Part shown: positions 31,086 through 41,871 of the stretch, piece after piece | How the letters are laid out: the number at the start of each line of letters is the position of its first letter | Numbering within the stretch: the stretch's first letter is position 1 | From: Promethearchaeota archaeon | GTDB taxonomy: Archaea > Asgardarchaeota > Lokiarchaeia > Sigyniarchaeales > SOKP01 | DNA length: 64,000 nt | Direction: 5' to 3' | Assembly (NCBI GenBank): GCA_048937405.1 | Contig: JBHLNF010000002.1 | Coordinates: 501,462 to 565,461, forward strand | The notes under the pieces: generated by a model | Seen by the model: only the letters and a program-made list of their open reading frames with translations | Database searches by the model: none | What the model was told of the DNA's origin: nothing | Made by a program: the position numbers and the translations under genes

Positions 31086-32048
31086 ATGAGTAAAAAACTT
31101 GATTATAGGAACGGAGCTCGAGTTATTGTAGAGACCTGTATGGGAATAAAACCAAAAGAAAAAGTGTTAATCATTTTTTCTGAGGATTTAAATAGAAATG
31201 CAAAACTTTTAGCTGAAGAAGCTAGAGCATTAGATGCTCAAGTTACACTTGCTCAAGTAGATAATAAGGATATTCAGATAGAACCTCCTGAAGAAATAAG
31301 CAAACAAATGTTAAAATCAGATGTTGTGATGGGTGTTCTTTCCCCTAGCACGATTCAATTATTTCTTCATATGAATGCGAGAAGGGCAGCAACTGATGTG
31401 GGCGTAAGAGTAGGGGGAGTACCTTATATTAAACCCGATATTACTACTGAAGATATTTATAAAATTACAGAATTAACAGAGAAATTAGCTGATATATTGA
31501 CTAATGGGGAAGAAGCAAAAATTACAACAAAAATCGGAACTGATATTATATTATCTATCAAAGATAGAATATCAGCTCCTCTTAGGGTAAGACATGCCGT
31601 ACCTGGAGCATGGGGTGCTGTTCCTGAATATGCTGAAGCTGCTATAGCCCCCGTAGAAGGGACAACTCAAGGAATCTGGATCATAGATGTTTTTTTTGAA
31701 AAAGTTGGTGCAATTAAAACGCCTGTAGAAATATTGGTAGAAAATGGTCGTGCTGTGAAAATTGAAGGTGCCGAAGAGGCTGATAAAATAAAAGCTATAA
31801 TAAAAGCGGGGGATAATAATGCAACTAATATCGCAGAATTAGGTATTGGAACAAATCATACAAGAACAATGCCATCTGGGACTGTAGGAGATAAAATGAT
31901 AATGGGTACAGCACATTTAGCTATTGGAAAAAATATTAATATTGGAGGTCAAACATATAGCAACATTCATCATGATGGTGTAATGAAAGATGTGACAATT
32001 GAAATTGATGGGAAGAAAATTCTAAAAAACGGTAGTATTGTAGTTTAA
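31086..32048 (+). CDS. M29-like (thermophilic metalloprotease/aminopeptidase) protein
   Basis: GTDI, IAELGIGTN, GTAHLAIG, SNIHHD. Confidence 0.75.
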   Translation: MSKKLDYRNGARVIVETCMGIKPKEKVLIIFSEDLNRNAKLLAEEARALDAQVTLAQVDNKDIQIEPPEEISKQMLKSDVVMGVLSPSTIQLFLHMNARRAATDVGVRVGGVPYIKPDITTEDIYKITELTEKLADILTNGEEAKITTKIGTDIILSIKDRISAPLRVRHAVPGAWGAVPEYAEAAIAPVEGTTQGIWIIDVFFEKVGAIKTPVEILVENGRAVKIEGAEEADKIKAIIKAGDNNATNIAELGIGTNHTRTMPSGTVGDKMIMGTAHLAIGKNINIGGQTYSNIHHDGVMKDVTIEIDGKKILKNGSIVV

Positions 32049-32214
32049 TATCTATTTTTTTAAACATATCTTTACAGGAAAGGTTTTTTTATATCTTCCT
32101 TTTTCTTTTCTTACTGTTTTATTCCTTAATTATTTACTTCAGACAAAAATAAATATGATTAAATGCTTTAAACATAATATATCTTAAAATTCCCAATAAA
32201 GAATTCTATATAAA

Positions 32215-33663
32215 ATGGATTTGAACAAATTATTCAAACCTAATTCAATGGCTGTTGTAGGAATCTCCAAGAAAAACCCCCTAAGCCCAGGAAGAATAGT
32301 TTTGTTAAAAAATGAATTTGAAATGAAGGTAAAAGTCTATGGAATATATCCAAGTGGGGGAAATATTGAGAGTATCCAGTTATATGACCGTTTAGATAAA
32401 TTACCTGAGATTCCCGATCTTCTTGTGATTGCAGTGGGTCCTGATGACACATTAGAATATATTCAAGACTGTGCTGATTTAAATATTCCTGCGGCGGTAA
32501 TAATTGGTGGTGGTTTTGCTGAAATTGGGGGAAAGGGTAAAAAAAGACAAGAAAAATTAGTGAAAATAGCATATGAGAATGATATTGCTGTATTAGGCCC
32601 TAATTGTCTTGGAGTTTATGCTCCACCTCTAATAGATACAATCTTTCTACCCACAGAACGTATCACTAGACCCCCAAAAGGATCTGTTGCATTAATAAGC
32701 CAAAGTGGGGGAGTACTCGTAGATCAATTTTTTGTAAAATTCAATGAAAGAAATATTGGTGTCTCAACAGCGGTATCTATAGGGAATCGTGCAGTTGTTG
32801 ATGAAGTTATGTTATTAGAATACTTTAGTAAAGTAGATCCTGAAACATCAAATATTGCATTCTATTTAGAAGGATTCAATGAAGGTAAAGCAAGAGATTT
32901 TTTAAAATTAGCAAAAGAATCTGAAGACACCGTAATTGTCTTCTTTGGAGGTAAAACAAGAGAAGGTAAAGTAGCAACCCAATCTCATACCGCTAGTTTA
33001 GCAGGTGATTTTAAAATTATTTATGATGCATTAAGGCAGCACTATATTATTCAACCCCATTCTGAAACAGAATTATTGACATGTTTAAAGGTATATGATG
33101 TATTATCAAAACGAAGAAATCCATTTGGAAACAATTTAATAACTAATGGAGATGTAGCAATTGTATCTGTTTCTGGAGGGCATGCAGTGCTTGCCTCAGA
33201 CATGTTAAAGAAATATGGATTAAATGCTGTCCGATTTTCACCACCAGAAAAAAGACATCTAAAAGAGCTTATGAATCCAGTTGCTAGAGAAATTGCATCA
33301 TTTAATAATCCAATTGATTTAACAGGTTCCGTATTAGATACAGATATTGAAAATGCAATTCGCTATTTATCAGATTTAGAAAAGATAGAATGCATTATAT
33401 TACTGCTATTACCTTATCCGCCCAATATCTCATTTCAAATTGGACGCAGAATAGCAAATATTATTGTCCATAAAAATAAACCGGTTGTTTGTTTTATTCC
33501 ATATGTGCAAAAATATTTATTAATAATTGAAACATTAGAACTTGCCAATATACCTGTCTTTCATTCGATTAAAGAGACTATTCAAGCAGTATCCGCATTA
33601 AAACAAAGAACCAGAATGAACAATTTAAAAATAGGGAATTATTTCTGGAAAGGAAATACTTAA
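32215..33663 (+). CDS. ADP-forming acyl-CoA synthetase, alpha subunit
   Basis: GGFAE, GPNCLG, SQSGG, phospho-His SHTASLAG, NPIDLTG. Confidence 0.88.
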   Translation: MDLNKLFKPNSMAVVGISKKNPLSPGRIVLLKNEFEMKVKVYGIYPSGGNIESIQLYDRLDKLPEIPDLLVIAVGPDDTLEYIQDCADLNIPAAVIIGGGFAEIGGKGKKRQEKLVKIAYENDIAVLGPNCLGVYAPPLIDTIFLPTERITRPPKGSVALISQSGGVLVDQFFVKFNERNIGVSTAVSIGNRAVVDEVMLLEYFSKVDPETSNIAFYLEGFNEGKARDFLKLAKESEDTVIVFFGGKTREGKVATQSHTASLAGDFKIIYDALRQHYIIQPHSETELLTCLKVYDVLSKRRNPFGNNLITNGDVAIVSVSGGHAVLASDMLKKYGLNAVRFSPPEKRHLKELMNPVAREIASFNNPIDLTGSVLDTDIENAIRYLSDLEKIECIILLLLPYPPNISFQIGRRIANIIVHKNKPVVCFIPYVQKYLLIIETLELANIPVFHSIKETIQAVSALKQRTRMNNLKIGNYFWKGNT

Positions 33664-33794
33664 TTTCTCAAATTTAATCTCAATCTATTACCATATTAAT
33701 TTCATCAATTGATTTCTTTGCATAAGAGATATCTTCAATTGTAAACTTTTTTTTCTGTATTATTGTAATATTTCTCGATAAAATATGTAATTCT

Positions 33795-33941
33795 CTATTT
33801 TTTTTTACTGGAAATCCATTTTTTCCTGCAAGATTCAGAACAGAATACGTAAATGGTTGTAGGTTCATTCGGGTCGAATTCTTCTATACTGGCTCCTCCA
33901 ATAATTTCTTTCTTACATACATGACATTTAATTTTCGCCAT
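33795..33941 (-). CDS. 48-aa TRASH/YHS-like metal-binding protein
   Basis: Below the ORF-track cut-off. Manual translation: MAKIKCHVCKKEIIGGASIEEFDPNEPTTIYVFCSESCRKKWISSKKK (CxxC...FCSxxC). Confidence 0.75.
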   Translation of the reverse strand: MAKIKCHVCKKEIIGGASIEEFDPNEPTTIYVFCSESCRKKWISSKKK

Positions 33942-34069
33942 TTGTTATTCCCAATAAGATTTTTTAATTTTAAATTAGATTTAATTTTTTTAAACCTTGA
34001 TAATAATAAGAATATAATAATATTCAATTTACCTTTTAAATCTTATACTCAATTATTCTAATTACATAT

Positions 34070-35203
34070 ATGACACTTAAACCAAAGGTTTATTTTACCT
34101 CTAACGTATTTTCAGTTAAGAAGATTGGCTCTAATGAAAAGATCTCTGAAATTTTCCGCAATACTATCAAAGATTTATGGCAAGAATTAAGTAAAATCTC
34201 AATAATTAAGTTATTCAATGGAAGGTTTCCATCAGAGGAAGAAATTCAAAGTGAAATTAAAATATTTAATCCAAATATTCTTGGATGCCATTTAAGTCAT
34301 CCAATATCCTCAAAGATACTGAAAAGTTCAAGTATTTTGGCTGTTTCAACCTCTACAGCAGGATATAACCATATCGAAAGAACCGAACAAGATGATATTT
34401 TAATTACTCATACACCTGGAGTACTTCAAGCAACTGTTGCAGATTATACTATCGCATTAATAATGGCTAATTTAAGGAATTTAATCGATCTGCATTCTTA
34501 TGTGTGGAATGAACAATGGACTTCTGGTAATAAATGGGATTTAGATCAATCATTATCATCTGTCATTACTGATGAAACTCTCGGTATTGTTGGATTGGGT
34601 GAAATTGGGAAGGAATTAGTTAGAAGATTATATTCTTGGGATATTAGAATTCAATACCATGATATTGAACAACAAAAAGTATTTGAGAAGAATTTTCCTT
34701 TAATCGAATTTAAAGAAGATATTCAAGATATATTTAAAGATTCAGATATAATAACTTTACATATTCCTTTCAATAAACATACTGAAAAGTTTGTAGGTCG
34801 AAATCTTTTAAGTTTAATGAAAAAAGGAGCATTGCTTATAAATACGGCTCGAGGAGGCGTTTTAGATTTAGAAACTCTATTAAACATGCTAGAAAGTAAA
34901 GAAATACAGATTAATATTGCTTTTGATGTATTTCCAATTGAACCTATTGATTCTAAAACTCTTGAAAGGTTAAAAAATATAAAGAAAAATCAGCAAGACA
35001 TTAGAATGATTTTACTTCCTCATAATGCTTCTGCTGATGCGAATACAAGAGCCAAAATGATGATACTCTTTTTAAAAGATATAATCAAGATTATAAAATC
35101 TTCCTCCTTAGAAGATTTAAAAGATATTCATATTATTCCTGAACATAAAAAACAATTAACTGAAAAAAAATGGAGAATTTATAACTATTGGGAAGAAAAA
35201 TGA
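34070..35203 (+). CDS. D-isomer-specific 2-hydroxyacid dehydrogenase
   Basis: GIVGLGEIG, INTARG, DVFPIEP, PHNAS. Confidence 0.88.
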   Translation: MTLKPKVYFTSNVFSVKKIGSNEKISEIFRNTIKDLWQELSKISIIKLFNGRFPSEEEIQSEIKIFNPNILGCHLSHPISSKILKSSSILAVSTSTAGYNHIERTEQDDILITHTPGVLQATVADYTIALIMANLRNLIDLHSYVWNEQWTSGNKWDLDQSLSSVITDETLGIVGLGEIGKELVRRLYSWDIRIQYHDIEQQKVFEKNFPLIEFKEDIQDIFKDSDIITLHIPFNKHTEKFVGRNLLSLMKKGALLINTARGGVLDLETLLNMLESKEIQINIAFDVFPIEPIDSKTLERLKNIKKNQQDIRMILLPHNASADANTRAKMMILFLKDIIKIIKSSSLEDLKDIHIIPEHKKQLTEKKWRIYNYWEEK

Positions 35204-35778
35204 ATTCAATCAGATCATTTATAGCTATTGAGTTAAAAGATAAAGAAACAATTGAAAAAATAATCCTATTCACTCAAAGATTAAAACAAAATCAATCAAA
35301 GATTAAACTTGTTGAACCTGAAAATCTTCATATGACCATTAAATTTTTAGGAAATGTCCCTGAAGCCTTAGCACCTAAAATTTATTCTATTTTACAAGAA
35401 GAAATTAATGATAAATTATTTCAGGGTAAAAATCTTGAATATAAACTAAAGGGAGTCGGACAATTTAATAGATTCTCTGTTTTATGGATAAAACTTCTTG
35501 GAAATATTCAATTTTTACAAAATATTAAAGATACAATCGAAGATTTTCTTTTTGATAAATTAAAAATTGATCGTGATAAAAGAGCTAAATTCAAACCTCA
35601 TCTTACAATTGCTAGACTCAAAAAAGATAAAATAAATTATAAAACATTTGATTCACTTAAGAATTTAATTAATGACAACAAGGATTTAGAGTTTGGAGTT
35701 TTTACAATCAATCAAGTAAAATTAAAGAAATCAGAACTCACACCTCGCGGTCCGATTTATACAGATTTAGAATATTAG
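35200..35778 (+). CDS. thpR: RNA 2',3'-cyclic phosphodiesterase (2H family)
   Basis: RSFIAI, HMTIKFLG, PHLTIAR, GPIY; ATG overlaps the upstream TGA (ATGA). Confidence 0.88.
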   Translation: MNSIRSFIAIELKDKETIEKIILFTQRLKQNQSKIKLVEPENLHMTIKFLGNVPEALAPKIYSILQEEINDKLFQGKNLEYKLKGVGQFNRFSVLWIKLLGNIQFLQNIKDTIEDFLFDKLKIDRDKRAKFKPHLTIARLKKDKINYKTFDSLKNLINDNKDLEFGVFTINQVKLKKSELTPRGPIYTDLEY

Positions 35779-36468
35779 ATGCAAAAGAATAAACCTATTA
35801 AAGCAATTGTTTGGGATTTAGACGGCACACTAATTCATTTTAAAATCGATTATCTAAGAGCGCGAAGAAATGCAATCGAAATTTTAAAAAAGTATGGAGT
35901 TCCTAAAAAGCTCCTGACAGTTAAATTTTCCATTTTAGAAAATATAAAATATGCTAGAGAGTTTTTCGAAAAAGAAGGCTTCCACCAAAATAAAATAGAT
36001 GAAATTATTGACGAAGTAGACAGCGAGATAATTAAAATAGAGTATGAAGCTGCTTTGGGTGCCGAAATGATCAATGGAATTGATCAAGTTTTAGAATATG
36101 CAAATAGAAATAATCTAAAACAAGCAATATTTACATTTAATACCAAAAGAAATGCCGAAGTTTCTCTCAAAAAGGTGAACCTGTTACACTACTTTAGTCT
36201 TATTGTGGGAAGAGATAATACATCCAATTTAAAACCTCATCCAGATCATTTAAATTATATTTGCAAATACTTAAAAGTAAATCCCGACGAAATATTAGTT
36301 ATTGGAGACACTATTCGTGACATAGAAGCAGCTATCAATGTAGGTGCATATTCAATAGCTACTCATACAAAATTAGCAAAAGTTGAAACCCTTAAAAAGG
36401 CTGATAAAATAATAAAAGAAAATGAAATACCGAAAAAATTAATAGAAGAAATTAAGAAACTTTTATAA
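35779..36468 (+). CDS. HAD-family hydrolase
   Basis: WDLDGTL, KPHP, IGDTIRD. Confidence 0.88.
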   Translation: MQKNKPIKAIVWDLDGTLIHFKIDYLRARRNAIEILKKYGVPKKLLTVKFSILENIKYAREFFEKEGFHQNKIDEIIDEVDSEIIKIEYEAALGAEMINGIDQVLEYANRNNLKQAIFTFNTKRNAEVSLKKVNLLHYFSLIVGRDNTSNLKPHPDHLNYICKYLKVNPDEILVIGDTIRDIEAAINVGAYSIATHTKLAKVETLKKADKIIKENEIPKKLIEEIKKLL

Positions 36469-36553
36469 ACTTAAAAAAAATTAATAAACTATTAATAAAA
36501 TATCCATTAAAACTATTTTGAAATAATTACACTTAAGGGTTTAATATAAAATA

Positions 36554-36808
36554 ATGAAAGTAGAGTATTATCTCGATATTTTAAAACCTCATAAACCGGG
36601 AGTCGATCTAGTTGCGCGTACTTTAATGAAAATTAATGGAGTAACAAGAGTTCGCATCAAAGTTGATGAATTAGATCAAAAAACAGCCTCTTTACACATG
36701 AATATTGAAGGAACGAATCTTTCTCTTGATGAAATTACTGATTCATTAGATTCAATGAATTGTGCCTTACATAGTGTTGATGAGGTTCTTTTGGAAGAAA
36801 AGGATTAG
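36554..36808 (+). CDS. DUF211-family protein
   Basis: LDILKPH...IEG...LHSVDEV. Confidence 0.75.
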   Translation: MKVEYYLDILKPHKPGVDLVARTLMKINGVTRVRIKVDELDQKTASLHMNIEGTNLSLDEITDSLDSMNCALHSVDEVLLEEKD

Positions 36809-36920
36809 TTAAATTTTAACCAATTCTTTACTTTATATTTTTTTTATTATGTTAACCAAAAAAATAAAAATTAATTATACCGTTTTTATTTATAAAAAGA
36901 AAATTTTATTTTCCGTAAAA

Positions 36921-37274
36921 ATGATGAATCCAAGTGTGATTAAGATCCTCGAAGAACGAGGAGAAATTAATGATGAGCTAGACTATGCCTTAATGAATTA
37001 TCTTCTTAAAAATCGAGGTACTGGATTTACAGCTTGTCAACCTCAACTGGTTGAAATAGAAGGTGGTAAGAAAGCAATTAAAATGAACATTGATCATACG
37101 TTTGTTGATAAAGATAATCAATTGATGGGATTAGGTATTGTAGGGAATATCTATATCGAACTTGATTCCTTACAAGTTGTATATTGTACACCGTTGGAAG
37201 AGCTAGCAAATAACATAAAAAAACTGGAAGAAGCAGGAATTAAACCTCAACCTAGACCGAAAGGTAAATATTAG
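36921..37274 (+). CDS. Hypothetical protein
   Basis: ORF with typical codon usage; start moved to the in-frame ATG 36921 because the upstream part looks like AT-rich promoter sequence. Confidence 0.6.
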   Translation: MMNPSVIKILEERGEINDELDYALMNYLLKNRGTGFTACQPQLVEIEGGKKAIKMNIDHTFVDKDNQLMGLGIVGNIYIELDSLQVVYCTPLEELANNIKKLEEAGIKPQPRPKGKY

Positions 37275-37371
37275 GTATTAAATTATTTATATAAATAAAA
37301 AAGCCAAATTATACATCTTAACTTGGAAAAATAATATAAAATTCAGTTCATTTTTTACTATACTGAAAATA

Positions 37372-37920
37372 ATGTCGAGTGAAAAACACAATATCCAACA
37401 ACTAATTCAAGACTATTTGTTAGATGAGGGATTGTTACGAGGAAAGATTTCAGATCCCAAAATTGAGTTTGGATTTCAATTTGTATTTCCTCCCGGAAAA
37501 GATCCTTTAGGACGCCAAATTGGAAGGAATATGGTAGTAATTCAACCTAAGAAAAAACAACTAATAGTTGTTAGTTTAGGAGTTCAAATTTCAAAACCCC
37601 ATATAAAAGCATTAAATTCTTTGGAAGATCCCAAAAAAATGAACTTTTTCATGGATTTAAGAAAATCATTTCTTTTAAAGGATGTTTTTTATCGAATTGA
37701 CATGAAAAATCACAGATATGAAATAACAGATCAAATTTTTTTAAATAAAGATGAATACTTTTCGAAAAATTCATTTTATAAGAGCATTCGTAAGGTTTTT
37801 AACTGTGCTACTTATAGTAATATTATCCTTGGAGAATATTGCGAAGGTAAGATAAAACCAGAAGATTTTATGAAATCTAAAGAATTTACTGATGATTCCA
37901 ATTTTTCTCTCTATACATAA
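37372..37920 (+). CDS. Conserved archaeal protein (DUF2299-like)
   Basis: IQDYLLDEG...F.F...P...VVIQPK pattern. Confidence 0.5.
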   Translation: MSSEKHNIQQLIQDYLLDEGLLRGKISDPKIEFGFQFVFPPGKDPLGRQIGRNMVVIQPKKKQLIVVSLGVQISKPHIKALNSLEDPKKMNFFMDLRKSFLLKDVFYRIDMKNHRYEITDQIFLNKDEYFSKNSFYKSIRKVFNCATYSNIILGEYCEGKIKPEDFMKSKEFTDDSNFSLYT

Positions 37921-37950
37921 TTGTGAACCTATAATACGAGGCGAATATTA

Positions 37951-38469
37951 ATTTTTAAAAAGTGGTTACAAGCATTAGGAAAATTAGATTATGTTCAAGG
38001 AAAAGCAAAACCTAATGTAGAGTGCATTTTTTGTTCAGTGAGAGACAATGATGTTAGGGTTAAATCCCTAAAAATTTATGAAGATAATTTATGTTTTATT
38101 GTTTTGAATTTATACCCTTTTAATCCTGCTCATTTGTTAATTGTCACTCAAAGACATATAACTAAATTTCTTGAACTTACCAAGGAAGAACTCATTCATA
38201 TTACAAGAATAATTCAGGGAATCCAATTATTATTAAATGATTTATATAATCCGAAAGGCTACAATATAGGCTTAAATCAAGGAAAATATGCAGGTGGAAG
38301 TATTGAACACTTACATATTCACATAGTACCTCGATATGGCACTGAACTTGGATTTATAGATATTATAGGTGAGACTCGTCCTTTACCCGAAGGTTTGGAT
38401 TCTGTGAAGAAAAAATTAGAGGGTTCTATTAAAAACTATCTCAATAGAGAATTTTTTGATAACTTCTAA
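37951..38469 (+). CDS. HIT-family nucleotide hydrolase; probable non-AUG start
   Basis: HLHIHIVPR and NLYPFNPAH; in-frame upstream KWLQALGKLDYVQG...ECIFC has no ATG/GTG/TTG; SD-like GAGGCGA lies before ATT 37951. Confidence 0.85.
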   Translation: MFKKWLQALGKLDYVQGKAKPNVECIFCSVRDNDVRVKSLKIYEDNLCFIVLNLYPFNPAHLLIVTQRHITKFLELTKEELIHITRIIQGIQLLLNDLYNPKGYNIGLNQGKYAGGSIEHLHIHIVPRYGTELGFIDIIGETRPLPEGLDSVKKKLEGSIKNYLNREFFDNF

Positions 38470-38517
38470 AAGATAAAAAAAGAAAAAAAAATCTTAAATT
38501 ATAAAAATGTAAAGGAT

Positions 38518-38763
38518 TTACCTTGTTGCATTACGAATGTCTGCAGCAGTTACTCTTTTACGTTTATCAGTTTTGCATATTTTAATTGCGTCTTTAGTTG
38601 CTGTAGCAGCACTTGATTCAAGAAAATCAATTAATTTATCAAGAGCTTCAGCAGCAACTAAGTCTGCACCTTCTTTTTTCATTAATCTTCTGATGGGTGC
38701 CTTGGCAATATATCCTTCAGATTTCTTTTTTGCTGCTTTAGCTGGAGCTTTCTTTTTAGCCAT
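38518..38763 (-). CDS. Archaeal histone with Lys-rich N-terminal tail
   Basis: IAKAPIRRLMKKEGA...RKRVTAADI histone fold, preceded by AKKKAPAKAAKKKS. Confidence 0.92.
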   Translation of the reverse strand: MAKKKAPAKAAKKKSEGYIAKAPIRRLMKKEGADLVAAEALDKLIDFLESSAATATKDAIKICKTDKRKRVTAADIRNATR

Positions 38764-39386
38764 TATTATTCCTCCACAAATTGTTTATTTTAGTTTATTT
38801 TTTAGATGTTAATTAAGTATAACTACACATTTCTATTATATAAATGTTATGATTCAAATCAATGATAATCATCATCTCGAGAATTTTCTTGAAGAGATCA
38901 TACTAAATCGAAAATGAGATCGTTTTATTAATTTGATATTAATTTTTCCGACTAAAATTAAAATCTAATTTTTATTAGGTAAAGCAGTTGTTTCTTTATT
39001 TTTTGAAATTTTACTATTGGTAGCATTTCAATTTTTTTAATCGATATATTATTAATCACTAATTAAAATTTATAAAAAGTTTAATGATTCGGGGATCAAA
39101 AAAACTTAATATTTAACCTCCTATAGCGCTGAGTATAACTTTTTTTGTATTTTTACGGTTATCAAAATTTCAATAGACAATTCCCTATAAAAAATAAATT
39201 AAATCAATTTTTCCTATTTTTTACAGTATTAAAGTACTAATTAAAAGAAATTTAAAACTAAAAATGTCAAAACTTAAAATCTTGATGTTTTACATTTTTT
39301 TTCAAATCTAAAAATTAATATATTATTCGTTAGATTAGGATATTAAATATAAATAATTAGATAATTTCAATAGATCTTCAATATTC

Positions 39387-40220
39387 ATGTCTGGTTCAAA
39401 AAAAATTAGTAGTACTGAAATCGAAGATTCACTTCAATCATTGGGATTTACAAAAAATGATTCTAAGGTTTTATTGACATTATGTAAGTTTAAGATACTT
39501 AGCCCTGCAGATATCGCGAAAAATTCTGGTGTTGATAGAGCAAGAGTTTATGATTCTCTAAATAGATTAATTGAGAAAGGTTTTATTCAAAAAGAACCAA
39601 TAAAGAGGGGTGCTAATTATCAAGTAATACCTATAGAAAGAATCTTTAAAGTAATCCGTGATGATTACAAGACAAAAATAGAAGATACTTTACTACTCGA
39701 AAAAGTCATTGCGGAATTAGAGATTAATAAAGAAGAATCAGAACCTAGAGTATGGGCTATAAATTCAAGGGGAAAAATTCGAAAGAAGGTTAAAGAATTA
39801 ATAAATTCAGCAAATGAGAAAATATTTTTCATTGTAACACCAGATTTACTAATGCAAGAATTAGGAGGGTATGATTGGGTTCTAAAGGAACTATGGAATA
39901 AAAAATTTTCATCTAATATCGAGATTATCATAGCTTTAAAATATAATGAAAGTTTAAAAGAAGAAATTAAAAAACTATTGAAAATTTCAATAACTGTCCA
40001 TTCAATTGAAGGAGATAGTGTTATTCCTTTTGGATTGTTAATAACTGATAATCAATTCTTACTCACCACATTAGATAGTGTAAGAGAGGCACCTGAATAT
40101 ACTTCTGGATTATGGTTAGAAAACGGTACTACAAAACAGCTCATAGGATATGAGCATCTATTTAAACATTTTATTACTAGTGAATGCAAACTAATACAAT
40201 TAACTACAAAAAAACCATGA
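39387..40220 (+). CDS. TrmB-family transcriptional regulator
   Basis: LGFT...IAKNSGVDRARVYDSLNRLIEKG winged HTH plus PLD-like effector domain. Confidence 0.88.
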   Translation: MSGSKKISSTEIEDSLQSLGFTKNDSKVLLTLCKFKILSPADIAKNSGVDRARVYDSLNRLIEKGFIQKEPIKRGANYQVIPIERIFKVIRDDYKTKIEDTLLLEKVIAELEINKEESEPRVWAINSRGKIRKKVKELINSANEKIFFIVTPDLLMQELGGYDWVLKELWNKKFSSNIEIIIALKYNESLKEEIKKLLKISITVHSIEGDSVIPFGLLITDNQFLLTTLDSVREAPEYTSGLWLENGTTKQLIGYEHLFKHFITSECKLIQLTTKKP

Positions 40221-40345
40221 TATTCACATGAAATATAAAGAATAAATAAAAATAGGTAAAACACATTTCTAAAAAAAATATAAATTCAAATCAAAACTAA
40301 ATAAATAAATCTTAAACTTAAAAACAAATTAGAGGGTTAAATTAG

Positions 40346-40903
40346 TTGTCTTATCGAGGAAAAGTAATCCTTTGTGGAGATGCAGGGGTTGGTAAAACTA
40401 GTTTATTAGCTCAATATGTTGATAATCAATTTAGTGATGAATATCACCAGACGATTGGGGCTAACTTCTTAATTAAAGAAATTGAATTAAGCAAAGTAAT
40501 TAATAAGTTAGAGTTAATAAATCCAAATTTAAAGAAAGATATTAAACAAAAGGGATTCAAATTATACTTTTGGGATATTGGAGGACAACAAGACAAATTA
40601 TTCAGCAACGAATATTATTTTGTTCAAGCTGTTGGAGCAATGGTTATTTTTAGCTTAGAGAGTACTTCATCATTTGAACAGTTAGATTTTTGGATTTCAA
40701 AGCTAAAAGAATTAAGTGGAGATATTCCATATATTATAGTTGGAAACAAAAAAGACCTTCCTAGAAAGATTAATGCAGATATGATAAATAATAAGGTTAA
40801 AGAATTAGGTGTTGAGTATTTTGAGACTTCTGCAAAACTGGATCAAAATGTCGATAAAGCATTTGAGGTTTTATCAATTCAAATTCTCAATAAATTTAAA
40901 TAA
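40346..40903 (+). CDS. Rab-like small GTPase
   Basis: GDAGVGKTS, TIG, WDIGGQ, NKKD, ETSAK; no C-terminal prenylation Cys. Confidence 0.92.
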   Translation: MSYRGKVILCGDAGVGKTSLLAQYVDNQFSDEYHQTIGANFLIKEIELSKVINKLELINPNLKKDIKQKGFKLYFWDIGGQQDKLFSNEYYFVQAVGAMVIFSLESTSSFEQLDFWISKLKELSGDIPYIIVGNKKDLPRKINADMINNKVKELGVEYFETSAKLDQNVDKAFEVLSIQILNKFK

Positions 40904-41135
40904 GTTCAATAATTCCAAAAAAAATTTTAATTCAAATGAAAGACTTTAACTTCTGAAGTTTTTTTCCTATATTCTTACAATAATTAACCAAAAATTTATT
41001 TTTTATATAATAAAATAGTAATTGGAATTTAAATTAGACAAAAAATTCTCAATTTTGTTAAAACTTAAATTATACTTTGTTATTAATTAAGGTTAATATA
41101 TTATACGGTATATCAAATATCGATAATTTTCAAAT

Positions 41136-41867
41136 ATGAGTATTTTATTAATTCCAGTTGCACCATTATCAAGAACAAAATCTCGCCTTAGAGATTGTTT
41201 TTCTTCGGATAAACTTATCAAATTAACATTAGCAATGTTTAAAGATCTGGGGAATATACTATCTGAAGTAAAATGTTATGATGAAATTATTGTTTATTGC
41301 AATACTGATGAAATATTAGAACTAGCAAATAATTATAATTTAATTGGAATTAAGGAAAAAATAACAGCCCCCCCTAAATCATTTGATAAAGTGATCGAAG
41401 ATCTTAATAATATTGCTATAAACAAATATAATGCAACCCAAACTATATTCTCATTTCTCGACTTAATTTTAATTACTGTCAAGAATTTCTATGATATCAA
41501 TAATCTTCTTACCAAGAATCAAATGGTCATATGTCCTGCTATTCATTCTGCTGGAATTTCCATACTGGGTAGGAATCCTCCAGATATTATTAATTCTTAT
41601 TTTTCGGACCCACATATTCCTTCGTTAATTGCTCAATTTAATAATGCATTGGCAAAGGGAATTGACAAAATTGCTATATATGATTCTTTTAGAGCAGGTT
41701 TTGATATTGATCTTAAACAAGATTTAGTATTAGCTTATGAATATTTAAAAATTTTTAATCTAACTCATACAAATGTATTTAAGTTTTTGAAAAAGAACTT
41801 AAGATTATCACTCAAGAAAAAAAACCAGTTTAATAATAGAACTTTTGAATTAACCGAAAGAGAATAA
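41136..41867 (+). CDS. cofC: CofC-like guanylyltransferase (F420 biosynthesis)
   Basis: IPV...KSRL, AMFKD, DL, FDID...DL. Confidence 0.7.
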   Translation: MSILLIPVAPLSRTKSRLRDCFSSDKLIKLTLAMFKDLGNILSEVKCYDEIIVYCNTDEILELANNYNLIGIKEKITAPPKSFDKVIEDLNNIAINKYNATQTIFSFLDLILITVKNFYDINNLLTKNQMVICPAIHSAGISILGRNPPDIINSYFSDPHIPSLIAQFNNALAKGIDKIAIYDSFRAGFDIDLKQDLVLAYEYLKIFNLTHTNVFKFLKKNLRLSLKKKNQFNNRTFELTERE

Positions 41868-41871
41868 TAAT

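Noticed and set aside
33680-33868. 62-aa minus-strand ORF from the track
   Set aside because: Overlaps the more convincing TRASH-motif ORF in another frame and has no motif.
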